The notes under the pieces were generated by a model, which worked only from the letters and a program-made list of their open reading frames with translations, searched no databases and was not told the origin of the DNA. DNA of 26,266 nucleotides, taken from assembly GCA_964473825.1 (NCBI GenBank), contig CAYYQL010000035.1:1-26266 (forward strand), read 5' to 3'. The stretch is from an uncultured archaeon. GTDB taxonomy: Archaea > Asgardarchaeota > Thorarchaeia > Thorarchaeales > Thorarchaeaceae. Below, piece after piece: positions 8,655 through 17,332 of this stretch. Made by a program: the position numbers and the translations under genes. Numbering within the stretch: position 1 is the stretch's first letter; every line of letters begins with the position of its first letter.

Positions 8655-9236
8655 CTATCGTTTCAGTCGGGGTAAAAGGAAGCCCGCCTGTTCTTTGTAC
8701 CGTTCGTACTCCTCACCATAGTGGATGACAAGCTTTCTCTCCTCTAAGACTGCACCTATGATGGTATACGCAGACATGGCAATGGAGAAGACAATGACGC
8801 GGGGGAAAGGATAGACAAAGGCCAGACCTGAGAAGATGGCAACTGTTGCCAAGTAGAGAGGATGCCTGACTCGTGAGTATATTCCGCGAGTGACCAGCTC
8901 AGGCTTGCGATCTGTACGCATATCGGCAACCGTAGTCACAGAGATGATCTGAGATGCAGCTGTGGCCACCACGAGTCCAAAGCCTATCAGTATAGCACCG
9001 AAGGACACGGAGAGCCAATTCACCGAGGCGACGTCTAGGAAATAGATCCAGTCCCAAAACCACATCGATAGAAACGCCACAGTCAGTGCTATTACACTCG
9101 TGGCCTCGAATATGATAGCATAGCCCCTCTTCCCCCACCTGTCGATAATCCGCTGCTTCACAGGAAGGTGAGATAGTCCGCTGTGCTGCAGCCCAAATAG
9201 TGTCACTCCGAGTATGATCCACATGTACTCTAGCAT
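8655..9236 (-). CDS. Isoprenylcysteine carboxyl methyltransferase/PEMT-family membrane methyltransferase (MddA/Nurim-like N-terminus)
   Basis: LVTRGIYSRVRHPLY, EERKL..HYGEEYERY and N-terminal FGLQHS; several TM helices. Confidence 0.85.
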   Translation of the reverse strand: MLEYMWIILGVTLFGLQHSGLSHLPVKQRIIDRWGKRGYAIIFEATSVIALTVAFLSMWFWDWIYFLDVASVNWLSVSFGAILIGFGLVVATAASQIISVTTVADMRTDRKPELVTRGIYSRVRHPLYLATVAIFSGLAFVYPFPRVIVFSIAMSAYTIIGAVLEERKLVIHYGEEYERYKEQAGFLLPRLKR

Positions 9237-9350
9237 TATTCACTCTCCAACCATTCTATTCTCATCGAACTGACATCATTCGTAACGCTTAAAAGCTCAA
9301 TCGCATACATTCAACATAGTTAATTAAACATTGTTAATAAGGTGATAACT

Positions 9351-9926
9351 ATGAGTAGTATGGAAAAAAATCCCTTCACGCCAATGGAAATATGGGAAGA
9401 CACTCGCGTAGCTCTACGCGAGGATGACGAAGAAAAGAAGGTCGACGCAAAGCACTATCATGTGCGCTACATGGTCGGAGAGAGCGAGGACAAACGATTC
9501 GTTGATAGCGGACAAGATGATGTTTCCTCACTGTCTGACAAGAGCGTATACATGGTTCCTTCGATCCATCGTATCATGGACGAGCCGTTCCACTACAACG
9601 TTTCTGCAGTCCATCAGGTAAGTGGGAAAGGAAACATCGAGGGTAATATCAGACACCTCAAGCGAGCAGGTCAGTGTGAGAACCACGAGATGGTAGAGGT
9701 TGCATTTCAGAGCGCGGGTGTTGAGTGCTGCGCAATGTCCAAGGAAGAGGCAGATAAGCACCGTGCACCGATGAAGTACCTCGCTGGCTACCTGTTGGGG
9801 AAGAAGGATGGTCTCTTGAAGATTGCACTCTCAAAGACTGAAATCGACTCTGGCGATACTTACTACGAGAGCATCCATATCATTCCTGAGGCGGTTGTGA
9901 AGGAATGGTCTTGCCTTGAGGCCTAG
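9351..9926 (+). CDS. Hypothetical protein
   Basis: Long ORF with AAGGTGAT RBS before ATG 9351 and AT-rich promoter-like sequence upstream. Confidence 0.7.
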   Translation: MSSMEKNPFTPMEIWEDTRVALREDDEEKKVDAKHYHVRYMVGESEDKRFVDSGQDDVSSLSDKSVYMVPSIHRIMDEPFHYNVSAVHQVSGKGNIEGNIRHLKRAGQCENHEMVEVAFQSAGVECCAMSKEEADKHRAPMKYLAGYLLGKKDGLLKIALSKTEIDSGDTYYESIHIIPEAVVKEWSCLEA

Positions 9927-10095
9927 ACCATAATCGAATCAATACATACGAAATAATGATGGCGGGCATCCTGAAATAGAAGCAAAAGTGATTGCTTCTC
10001 AAGGTATGGCTCGCCGCTCCCTCCTTTTTCTTGTTCAGATACCACTGTGTGTAGGTGTATTCTCGCTGTGATACACTTGCATTCAAATGCTTAGA

Positions 10096-10103
10096 CTTAA
10101 ATA
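10096..10103 (+). promoter_or_regulatory. Putative TATA box for first tfb
   Basis: CTTAAATA in the intergenic region. The same CTTAA(A/G) core recurs upstream of several genes in the window. Confidence 0.35.
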
Positions 10104-10217
10104 TTCAAAATGTGGCCCCCAACTTCGCAAGTCCTCTCGGAATGCAGTTTTATCCACTGTTTCTGGTCCGATGCTGAGGACCAACCCTGATGAGGAAACT
10201 CCAAAGGTGAAGAAGAA

Positions 10218-11162
10218 ATGGCAAAGCCACTCCGTTCCATGACTGATAAGAAACAAGGAACCACGATTTGTTCTATCTGCGGCGGTGACGACTTCTACGA
10301 GGACCATTCACGAGGCGAGACCATTTGCACATCATGCGGCTGTGTCATCACTGAGCGGATAATGGATACCGGACCAGAGTGGAGAGCATTTACTACAGAA
10401 GAGAGAAACTCAAGGGCTCGTACGGGGGCTCCCATGACACTCACCATGGCTGATAAGGGTCTAGCCACTACCATCTCATGGAGTGATAGGGACGCAAACG
10501 GGCGCTCAATCAAGGCTAGCAACCGAGCCGCAATCTACCGGATGCGGAAGTGGCAGATCAGAACTCTTGTTCACAGCTCCCAACACAGGAATCTTAGCAT
10601 AGCCATGAGTGAAATGGATAGGCTTAGTTCTCAGCTTGGTGTACCACGCGAAACAAAGGAGACAGGTGCACTTGTCTACCGTAAGGCTCTGGCGAAGAGA
10701 CTTGTCAGAGGTCGCAGTATCGAAGGAATGGTTGCAGCATCCGTCTATCTCTCATGTAGAATCCACAAGATTCCGCGACAACTCGACGAGATAGTTGACG
10801 AGGCCAGAGTGAACAGAAAGGAGCTTGGACAGTGTGTCCGTCTGATACTCCGCTACGTCAACGTCAAGGTCCCCATTCCATCTGCAAACGACCTTATGCC
10901 GCGAATCTCTGCCGATCTGGAGCTTGATGGTCCGACCGTACAGACAGCCATGAACATAATCAATGAGGCCCGGCAGAAAGGAATTACAGCAGGCAAGGAT
11001 CCTGGAGGACTTGCAGCAGCGGCGCTCTATATTGCTGGCATTATAACTGATGACCGACGTACTCAGCGAGAGATTGCCGAGGCATCCAATGTGACAGAAG
11101 TCACCGTGAGGAACAGATACAAGGACCTTGCGACAAGCCTGAAGATAACGATACGGCCATAG
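10218..11162 (+). CDS. tfb: Transcription initiation factor IIB (paralog 1)
   Basis: Zn ribbon CSIC...CTSC, B-reader DTGPEWRAF, two cyclin repeats (GRSIEG, GKDPGGLAAA) and HTH TQREIAEASNVTEVTVRNRY. Confidence 0.98.
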   Translation: MAKPLRSMTDKKQGTTICSICGGDDFYEDHSRGETICTSCGCVITERIMDTGPEWRAFTTEERNSRARTGAPMTLTMADKGLATTISWSDRDANGRSIKASNRAAIYRMRKWQIRTLVHSSQHRNLSIAMSEMDRLSSQLGVPRETKETGALVYRKALAKRLVRGRSIEGMVAASVYLSCRIHKIPRQLDEIVDEARVNRKELGQCVRLILRYVNVKVPIPSANDLMPRISADLELDGPTVQTAMNIINEARQKGITAGKDPGGLAAAALYIAGIITDDRRTQREIAEASNVTEVTVRNRYKDLATSLKITIRP

Positions 11163-11372
11163 ATTCCGAAAGACACGTAGAAGGAATATCGAACCTTATT
11201 GATGTGAATATAACATCTATCGGTCTTGCCGTTACCGAAACCTTTCGCTTATATACGGAAAGTTCCAATGTATGCATGGTGCCGAAGACGAGCACCACTC
11301 CGAGGCCGTATTCCATCCATTAGGTATGTCAGAAGTAATCGCTCTCGGAGTATTAGGATAGTGAAACAACTA

Positions 11373-12329
11373 ATGAACCGATCCACGAGATACAATTCGG
11401 AGAAAGAATCATCGCAGAACACATGTCCGGTGTGCGGAGGCAACGACTTCCACGAAGATGAAGCACGGGGAGAGAAGACCTGCACTGCATGTGGATGTGT
11501 TGTTTCCTCACACATTATAGACCACGGTCCTGAGTGGAGAGCATTCACTGCCGAGGAGAGAAATGCTAGAGCCAGGACCGGAGCTCCGATGAGGCTCTCG
11601 ATTCCAGACAAAGGTCTGTCTACCAGTATCAGCTGGAGCAACAAGGACGCCAGAGGACGCTCAATCAAAGGCAAGAGGCGTGCAGCCATCTACAGGATGA
11701 GAAAATGGCAGATACGAAGCATTGCCCATCAATCACAACACAGAAACCTCCGGATAGCAATGAGAGAGCTTGATAGGCTCTCCTCACAGATGGGTATCCC
11801 GAGAAAGGCCGGGGAAACCGCGGCTCTGATCTACAGGAAAGCATTGAATAAACGACTCATCATGGGCCGAAGAATCGAGTCCATGGTTGCAGCATCGCTG
11901 TATCTATCGTGCCGCATACATAGAATCCCTCGCCAACTGGACGAGGTAGTGGACGAAACTTCCATCGACAGGAAGGCGTTATCGAAATGCGTCCGCAGGA
12001 TCATTCAGAACGTTGATGTACATATACCCCTGCCCTCGGCAAGGAATCTGCTTCCAAGAATATCTGCAGACCTTGAGATGGAGGGGAAGACCGTTCAGAG
12101 GGCCTCTGATATCATCAGACAGGCAGAGAAGAAAGGCATAACTGCGGGCAAGGACCCTGGTGGCATTACGGCAGCCTCTCTGTACATTGCTGGCATCATT
12201 GAGAATGACAGGCGTACTCAAAGAGAGATAGCCGATGCTTCAAATGTCACTGAAGTGACAATCCGCAACCGATACAAAGAGATTGTGAGAGAACTGGGCA
12301 TAACCGCCAACCCCAGACAGTACGAGTAA
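11373..12329 (+). CDS. tfb: Transcription initiation factor IIB (paralog 2)
   Basis: CPVC...CTAC, DHGPEWRAF, GKDPGG, TQREIADASNVTEVTIRNRY. The start is ATG 11373 or GTG 11361 by comparison with paralog 1; the longer ORF-track start at 11226 is unlikely. Confidence 0.97.
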   Translation: MNRSTRYNSEKESSQNTCPVCGGNDFHEDEARGEKTCTACGCVVSSHIIDHGPEWRAFTAEERNARARTGAPMRLSIPDKGLSTSISWSNKDARGRSIKGKRRAAIYRMRKWQIRSIAHQSQHRNLRIAMRELDRLSSQMGIPRKAGETAALIYRKALNKRLIMGRRIESMVAASLYLSCRIHRIPRQLDEVVDETSIDRKALSKCVRRIIQNVDVHIPLPSARNLLPRISADLEMEGKTVQRASDIIRQAEKKGITAGKDPGGITAASLYIAGIIENDRRTQREIADASNVTEVTIRNRYKEIVRELGITANPRQYE

Positions 12330-12396
12330 TCTGTCGAGCAAATGACGATTTGGCAACCAAACCCTTGATTTAGGATATATTCCAAGAGAGGGTGAC

Positions 12397-13146
12397 ATGG
12401 AACAGTTCCTCATCGGTCTTTGTGGACTACCGGCATCAGGCAAGACAAGCCTAGCTCAGGCAATAGAAGGATTACTTGCATCACAAAGCGCCAGAGTGGT
12501 CAGTACTGACAGATGGCGTGATGAGGAGTACTACGAGAACTTCAGACCATCAAGAGAGAGACTCGTTAGAAGACGAGCATTGAAAGAGACAGAGCTGCTA
12601 CTGAGTCGTGGCATCAGCGTCATCCATGATGATACGAATTACTATACGAGCATGCGCCACGAGCTGCTTGATATGGCTGTAAAACATGAGACATCTTTCG
12701 GAATCATCCATGTCAAGACACCGGTAGATACAGCTGTGAAGTGGAACGCTGAGCGAAACACATTCATTCCGGAGAGAGTCATCCGACGCATTGCCCTGAG
12801 AATGGATATTCCTGGAGAGAGATACAGCTGGGACAGACCCGTTCTTAGCGTTGATCTCAGTGCCACAGATGTTGCTTCAGCCGCTCAACAGGCTGTTGAA
12901 GCATTGGAAGCACTGGTGCCTGCAGAGCAGGAAGCCTATGAACAAGAAGCAGACAGACAGAATAATCTCATTGACTCGTTGACCAGAGACACAGTGACTC
13001 AATTCTTGGAGACCCATAAGGACCTCAGAGGCGATGCAAGGGTGAGCACCATCAGAAGGTCTGTGGCAAGAGGCGCCATGGACTCTGAGATTCCTGTGGA
13101 AGATGTACAGCGAGTACTCTTAGGACGTCTCAGACGACTCCTGTAA
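12397..13146 (+). CDS. pstK: L-seryl-tRNA(Sec) kinase (PSTK; KTI12/PSTK family)
   Basis: P-loop GLPASGKTS, DDTNYYTSMR and PGERYSWDRP motifs; C-terminal helical tRNA-binding domain (IDSLTRDTV); tRNA-Sec gene 400 bp downstream. Confidence 0.9.
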   Translation: MEQFLIGLCGLPASGKTSLAQAIEGLLASQSARVVSTDRWRDEEYYENFRPSRERLVRRRALKETELLLSRGISVIHDDTNYYTSMRHELLDMAVKHETSFGIIHVKTPVDTAVKWNAERNTFIPERVIRRIALRMDIPGERYSWDRPVLSVDLSATDVASAAQQAVEALEALVPAEQEAYEQEADRQNNLIDSLTRDTVTQFLETHKDLRGDARVSTIRRSVARGAMDSEIPVEDVQRVLLGRLRRLL

Positions 13147-13204
13147 CCATCTTCTAGGTCCCATGCTAGTTGAACTCAACCTCATGTCTTCAAACGGAAG
13201 CCAA

Positions 13205-13438
13205 TCAAGGCATCTTTTGTTCTTTCCTGCTAAGTTCCAGTTTCAGATAAATCGCGAACAGAATAAGCGCAATCGCACCGAGTTGTAGGCTCGAAACTGG
13301 GAGCAGCACAAACCCTGATCCGACAAGTGCAAGAGCGAGGAGCAGCCCGCTCGCGCTCTTCAGTACAGTCCGAATCCACCACTTATTGTATTGTGAGGGC
13401 GAATCATCGGTGGTCGTCAACATCGTTGGATACACCAC
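13205..13438 (-). CDS. Small 2-TM membrane protein
   Basis: 77-aa ORF with two hydrophobic helices and a basic tail. It fills the gap between pstK and tRNA-Sec. Confidence 0.55.
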   Translation of the reverse strand: MVYPTMLTTTDDSPSQYNKWWIRTVLKSASGLLLALALVGSGFVLLPVSSLQLGAIALILFAIYLKLELSRKEQKMP

Positions 13439-13545
13439 ATATCATTAGGCGGCAAATGTGATTAGATTTTCGGATAGCGCATCAGCATGATTACAGCCAA
13501 CTTGTATGGTGCCAGAACAAGGTTAGAAGTGATCTTACGTGAAAA

Positions 13546-13636
13546 TGGCGGCCCCCTAGCAGAATCGAACTGCCATCGCTTGCACGATCATGGGTTTGAA
13601 GCCCACGGAACCCGACCACGGGCCCTGTAGGGGGCC
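13546..13636 (-). tRNA. selC: tRNA-Sec (anticodon UCA), archaeal/eukaryotic 9/4 fold
   Basis: Reverse complement reads GGCCCCCTA-CA-GGGCCCG-TGGT-CGGGTTC-CGTGGG-CTTCAAA-CCCATG-ATCGT-GCAA-GCGAT-G-GCAG-TTCGATT-CTGC-TAGGGGGCC-G-CCA. This gives a 9-bp acceptor stem, 7-bp D-stem with 4-nt loop, 6-bp anticodon stem, variable arm, 4-bp T-stem, G discriminator and encoded CCA. Confidence 0.97.
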
Positions 13637-13667
13637 AGAACTCGCCTTGAAGAACATATATGCAGGT

Positions 13668-13673
13668 CTTAAA
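13668..13673 (-). promoter_or_regulatory. Putative TATA box of tRNA-Sec
   Basis: TTTAAG on the minus strand about 32-37 nt upstream of the mature tRNA 5' end. Confidence 0.45.
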
Positions 13674-13703
13674 GGTCACCTATTAGTACATTATTTGATA
13701 AGC

Positions 13704-13710
13704 CTTAAAG
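13704..13710 (+). promoter_or_regulatory. Putative TATA box of hutH
   Basis: CTTAAAG in the AT-rich divergent intergenic region. Confidence 0.35.
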
Positions 13711-13791
13711 CGTATTGAAAGGTGCCACGATACTGTCATTGTGTAGTCGCCCCGGCTTTCGAGGCCTCTACGACACAACATCAAGAGGTGG

Positions 13792-15336
13792 ATGATCTTG
13801 GTCATTAGTATAGACGGCGAGAGCCTGACTGTCGAAGATGTCGTGAGAGTGGCACGACACGGAGAGGAAGTTGATATTGCAGAACAGGCGGTCCAGAAGA
13901 TAAGAAGGAGTCGGGATGTCGTCGAGCGCGCAATAAGCGAAAACAAGGTTGTCTACGGAATCAATACAGGCTTTGGAGAGCTAGCGAATGTCAGAATTGG
14001 CTCGAAAGACCTAGCACAACTGCAGACGAATCTCATCCGTAGCCACAGCGCTGGAGTTGGCCAGCCCTTCGACGAAGAATCGGTTAGAGGGATGATACTG
14101 CTCCGCGCAAACGCCCTCTCCAAGGGATTCTCAGGGATACGGTTGATAATCATTGAGACCCTCATTGAATTGCTCAATAAGGGAGTGACTCCCGTCATCC
14201 CTCAGCAGGGGTCTGTTGGAGCCAGTGGAGATCTGGCACCCCTTGCACATATGGCGCTGGTTCTTCTGGGGGAGGGAGAGGCCTTCTACGGTGGAGAGAG
14301 AATGTCAGGCCTTGACGCTCTCAACAAGGCAGGAATCAAGCCAGTGAGTCTACAGGCAAAAGAAGGGGTGGCATTGATCAACGGAACACAGCCCATGAGT
14401 GCAGTAGGGGTGCTGGCCGCCTATGATGGAATGCAGCTGCTCAAGGACGCCACTATCGCTGCCGCAATGAGCTTGGAGGCACTCCGAGGGACAAGAAGCG
14501 CATATGACGAACGCCTTCATGCAACCAGGCCTCACCAAGGCCAGATTGATGTCGCAGCAGCACTACGGAAACTCCTTCCTCCCAGTGAGATAGGCGAGTC
14601 GCATATGGGCTGCGATAAAGTGCAGGACGCGTATTCCATTCGTTGTGCGCCTCAGGTGATTGGAGCCTCTCTGGACACAGTCCGTTATGTGACACGACTG
14701 CTTGAGGTAGAGATCAATTCTGCCACGGATAACCCACTCGTCTTCTATGAGAACGAGGAGATTGTTTCTGGAGGTAACTTTCACGGCCAACCTGTGGCCT
14801 TGGCCATGGATTTTCTTGGTATAGCCCTAGCCGAGCTTGCTAATATTGCAGAACGTCGTATCAACCGTCTGGTCAATCCAAAGCTGAGTGGGCTCCCCTC
14901 GTTCCTGACGGAAGAGAGCGGATTGGAGTCCGGAATGATGCTTGCACAGTACACTGCCGCTGCTCTGGTCTCGGAAAACAAGATCCTGGCCCATCCAGCC
15001 AGTGTTGACTCTATTCCAACAAGTGCAGACCAGGAAGACCATGTCAGCATGGGAACTATCGCAGCTCGCAAGTGCCGCAGCATCCTTGAAAATGTGCGAA
15101 ACGTTATCGCAATTGAATACATGTGTGCAGCACAAGGCTTGGATCTATTAGCACCACTCCAGACCTCTGAACCCCTTGTTCATGCCAAGACGACGATACG
15201 GAGAAGAGTGAAGAAACTTGAGGACGATCGACAGCTCAGCACAGACATCCAAGCTGTTTCCGAACTGGTGAAGACCAGACAGATCTGCAGGGCTGTGGAA
15301 GAGATCACAGGTAGTCTCTACGGCGACAGCCGATAG
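13792..15336 (+). CDS. hutH: Histidine ammonia-lyase
   Basis: YGINTGFG, NLIRSH, MIO-forming GASGDLAPLAH, QDAYSIRC, SGGNFHG and QEDHVSMG. Confidence 0.98.
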   Translation: MILVISIDGESLTVEDVVRVARHGEEVDIAEQAVQKIRRSRDVVERAISENKVVYGINTGFGELANVRIGSKDLAQLQTNLIRSHSAGVGQPFDEESVRGMILLRANALSKGFSGIRLIIIETLIELLNKGVTPVIPQQGSVGASGDLAPLAHMALVLLGEGEAFYGGERMSGLDALNKAGIKPVSLQAKEGVALINGTQPMSAVGVLAAYDGMQLLKDATIAAAMSLEALRGTRSAYDERLHATRPHQGQIDVAAALRKLLPPSEIGESHMGCDKVQDAYSIRCAPQVIGASLDTVRYVTRLLEVEINSATDNPLVFYENEEIVSGGNFHGQPVALAMDFLGIALAELANIAERRINRLVNPKLSGLPSFLTEESGLESGMMLAQYTAAALVSENKILAHPASVDSIPTSADQEDHVSMGTIAARKCRSILENVRNVIAIEYMCAAQGLDLLAPLQTSEPLVHAKTTIRRRVKKLEDDRQLSTDIQAVSELVKTRQICRAVEEITGSLYGDSR

Positions 15337-15339
15337 GTC

Positions 15340-16605
15340 CTATGGGCCCAACCGGGTATGTACTACTTCGCCGTCTGCAATCACCGTGTGCACAAGATTG
15401 ATGCCGAACCGATAAGCGATGAAGTCAGGATTGGGGCAGTCGAGTATGATGATGTTAGCACGCTTGCCGGCTTCAATGCTTCCGACTTCTTGACCCCTAT
15501 CCACGGCATGCGCTGCGTTTATGGTGGATGCGGAGATGGCCTCTTCTGGGTACATCTTCATCTTATAGCAGGCTAGTGCGATGGTGAAAAACATCGACTC
15601 GTTTGCACAGTTTGGATTGAAGTCTGTTGCGAGGGCCACAGGAAGTCCCATCTCAATCATAGAACGTGCATCTGCATAGTCAGTGTCCAGACTGAATGCT
15701 GTTGCAGGAAGGAGGGTTGCGATGGTCCCAGCACGTCGCATCTTCTCTAGGTCATCTACCGAGGCTTGAAGAAGGTGATCGCCTGAGACTGCACCAACTT
15801 CGGCAGCCAGTCCGGCCCCACCCAGCTGTACGATCTCATCAGCATGCACTTTCAGACTCATGCCGGCCTTCTTCGCTGCAAGCAATATCGTCCGGGACTG
15901 CTCAATATCGAACACTCCTTTCTCACAAAACACATCACAGAACTCTGCAAGATGCTCATCTGTGACTGCGGGAATCATCTCGTTCACTACGAGATCAACA
16001 TAATCATCCGTCCGTCCCTTGTACTCAGGAGGGATCGCGTGTGCCCCTAGGAAGGTGGAGATGATCTCAGCGGGCAACATCTCGCAGAGAGCCCTTGCAG
16101 CTCTGAGCATCTTCAGTTCATTCTCTGTATCAAGACCGTATCCGCTCTTTGCCTCGATAGATGTTGTTCCTCTGGCTAACATACCATCAGCAAACGAAAA
16201 CGCATTACTTCGAAGCTCGCTGAGTGTTGCAGAACGTGTTGCTCGGAGGGTATTCAGTATCCCTCCCCCCGACTCGAGTATCTCCATGTACGACTTGCCT
16301 GCGAGTTTCATGGCAAAATCATGTTCCCGTGAGCCACCAAAGACAAGGTGAGTATGACTATCCACAAATCCTGGCAGGGCAAGCATGTCGGGAAACTCAA
16401 TGGGCGGAATGTCAGGTTCTTCGTCGACCGCAGAGAGCACACTTGGCGTTGTCCCAACGGCGATGATCCGGCCCCCTTTGATTGCAACTGCCCCGTTCTC
16501 AATCAGTGATAGCTCTCTCATCTCGGGTCCAGCCTTGGGGGCTTCACTATGCCCTGCAAGAGTCGCGAGTCGGCCAATATTAGTCAGTAAGAGATCGGGC
16601 TTCAT
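15340..16605 (-). CDS. hutI: Imidazolonepropionase
   Basis: PGFVDSHTHLVFGGSR, EAKSGYGL, TFLGAHA, CDVFCE, KVHADE and ALATDFNP. Confidence 0.97.
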   Translation of the reverse strand: MKPDLLLTNIGRLATLAGHSEAPKAGPEMRELSLIENGAVAIKGGRIIAVGTTPSVLSAVDEEPDIPPIEFPDMLALPGFVDSHTHLVFGGSREHDFAMKLAGKSYMEILESGGGILNTLRATRSATLSELRSNAFSFADGMLARGTTSIEAKSGYGLDTENELKMLRAARALCEMLPAEIISTFLGAHAIPPEYKGRTDDYVDLVVNEMIPAVTDEHLAEFCDVFCEKGVFDIEQSRTILLAAKKAGMSLKVHADEIVQLGGAGLAAEVGAVSGDHLLQASVDDLEKMRRAGTIATLLPATAFSLDTDYADARSMIEMGLPVALATDFNPNCANESMFFTIALACYKMKMYPEEAISASTINAAHAVDRGQEVGSIEAGKRANIIILDCPNPDFIAYRFGINLVHTVIADGEVVHTRLGP

Positions 16606-16727
16606 ACGCTGTCCTCATATGAGTTCTCAAGATAGGTTCCTGATTTACGTTGTGTTCGCCTTGGAAAAGCCATAACTAATTAAGCCGGCCGCTGTCGCGT
16701 TGAACCAACCATACAAAGGGATTGCTG

Positions 16728-17309
16728 ATGAAGTATCTGATCCTGAGCTGGCAAGATGTATACAATCTCACCTTGCAGCTATCTGAGAGGATTGTCGATA
16801 GTGGATTCAAGCCAGATGTCATTGTGGGGATAGCACGCGGAGGATGGATACCAGCACGGATTCTATCAGATGTCCTCTATGTAAGCCCCATGTGGAACGT
16901 CCGCATAGAGTACTACTCTGCCCTTGGAGTCAGCGGGAAGGAACCCAAAATCACACAACCCTTGTCAGTACCTCTGGAGGATAGCAGCGTGTTACTGGTT
17001 GATGAGGTTGCTGATACAGGAGACAGTCTAGCACACGCGATAGAACATGTCAAGTCACACGATGTTGCAGAACTGAAGACAGCCGTACTCCACCTCAAGA
17101 GTGGATGCTGTGTCATGCCAGACTACTACATGCAGCTGGTTGATGCATGGACAGTCTACCCCTGGGAGATGCGAGAATCAATCATTGATCTGGTGAAGGT
17201 CTTCAAGAGCGAGAATCCAGAGAGCGAGATGAACGAGATCCGTGACAGACTTGTCTTCGAAGTGGGTTTCGAGCCTACTGTCGCCGACTACTTCATCAAG
17301 CGACTCTAG
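16728..17309 (+). CDS. Purine phosphoribosyltransferase (HGXPRT/gpt-like, archaeal)
   Basis: IVGIARGG, PRPP-binding VLLVDEVADTGDSL and WTVYPWE. Confidence 0.9.
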   Translation: MKYLILSWQDVYNLTLQLSERIVDSGFKPDVIVGIARGGWIPARILSDVLYVSPMWNVRIEYYSALGVSGKEPKITQPLSVPLEDSSVLLVDEVADTGDSLAHAIEHVKSHDVAELKTAVLHLKSGCCVMPDYYMQLVDAWTVYPWEMRESIIDLVKVFKSENPESEMNEIRDRLVFEVGFEPTVADYFIKRL

Positions 17310-17332
17310 AATGATTCCAGGGTGAAACGAGC

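Noticed and set aside
11226-11372. N-terminal extension of the second TFB in the ORF track
   Set aside because: It has no counterpart in paralog 1 and overlaps AT-rich promoter-like sequence; it is probably not translated.
13540-13640. tRNA-Sec as an integration site of a mobile element
   Set aside because: No duplicated tRNA 3' end, integrase or transposase was seen in the window, and the flanking genes look chromosomal.
13491-13679. 62-aa minus-strand ORF in the track
   Set aside because: It overlaps the tRNA-Sec gene and its promoter, so it is spurious.
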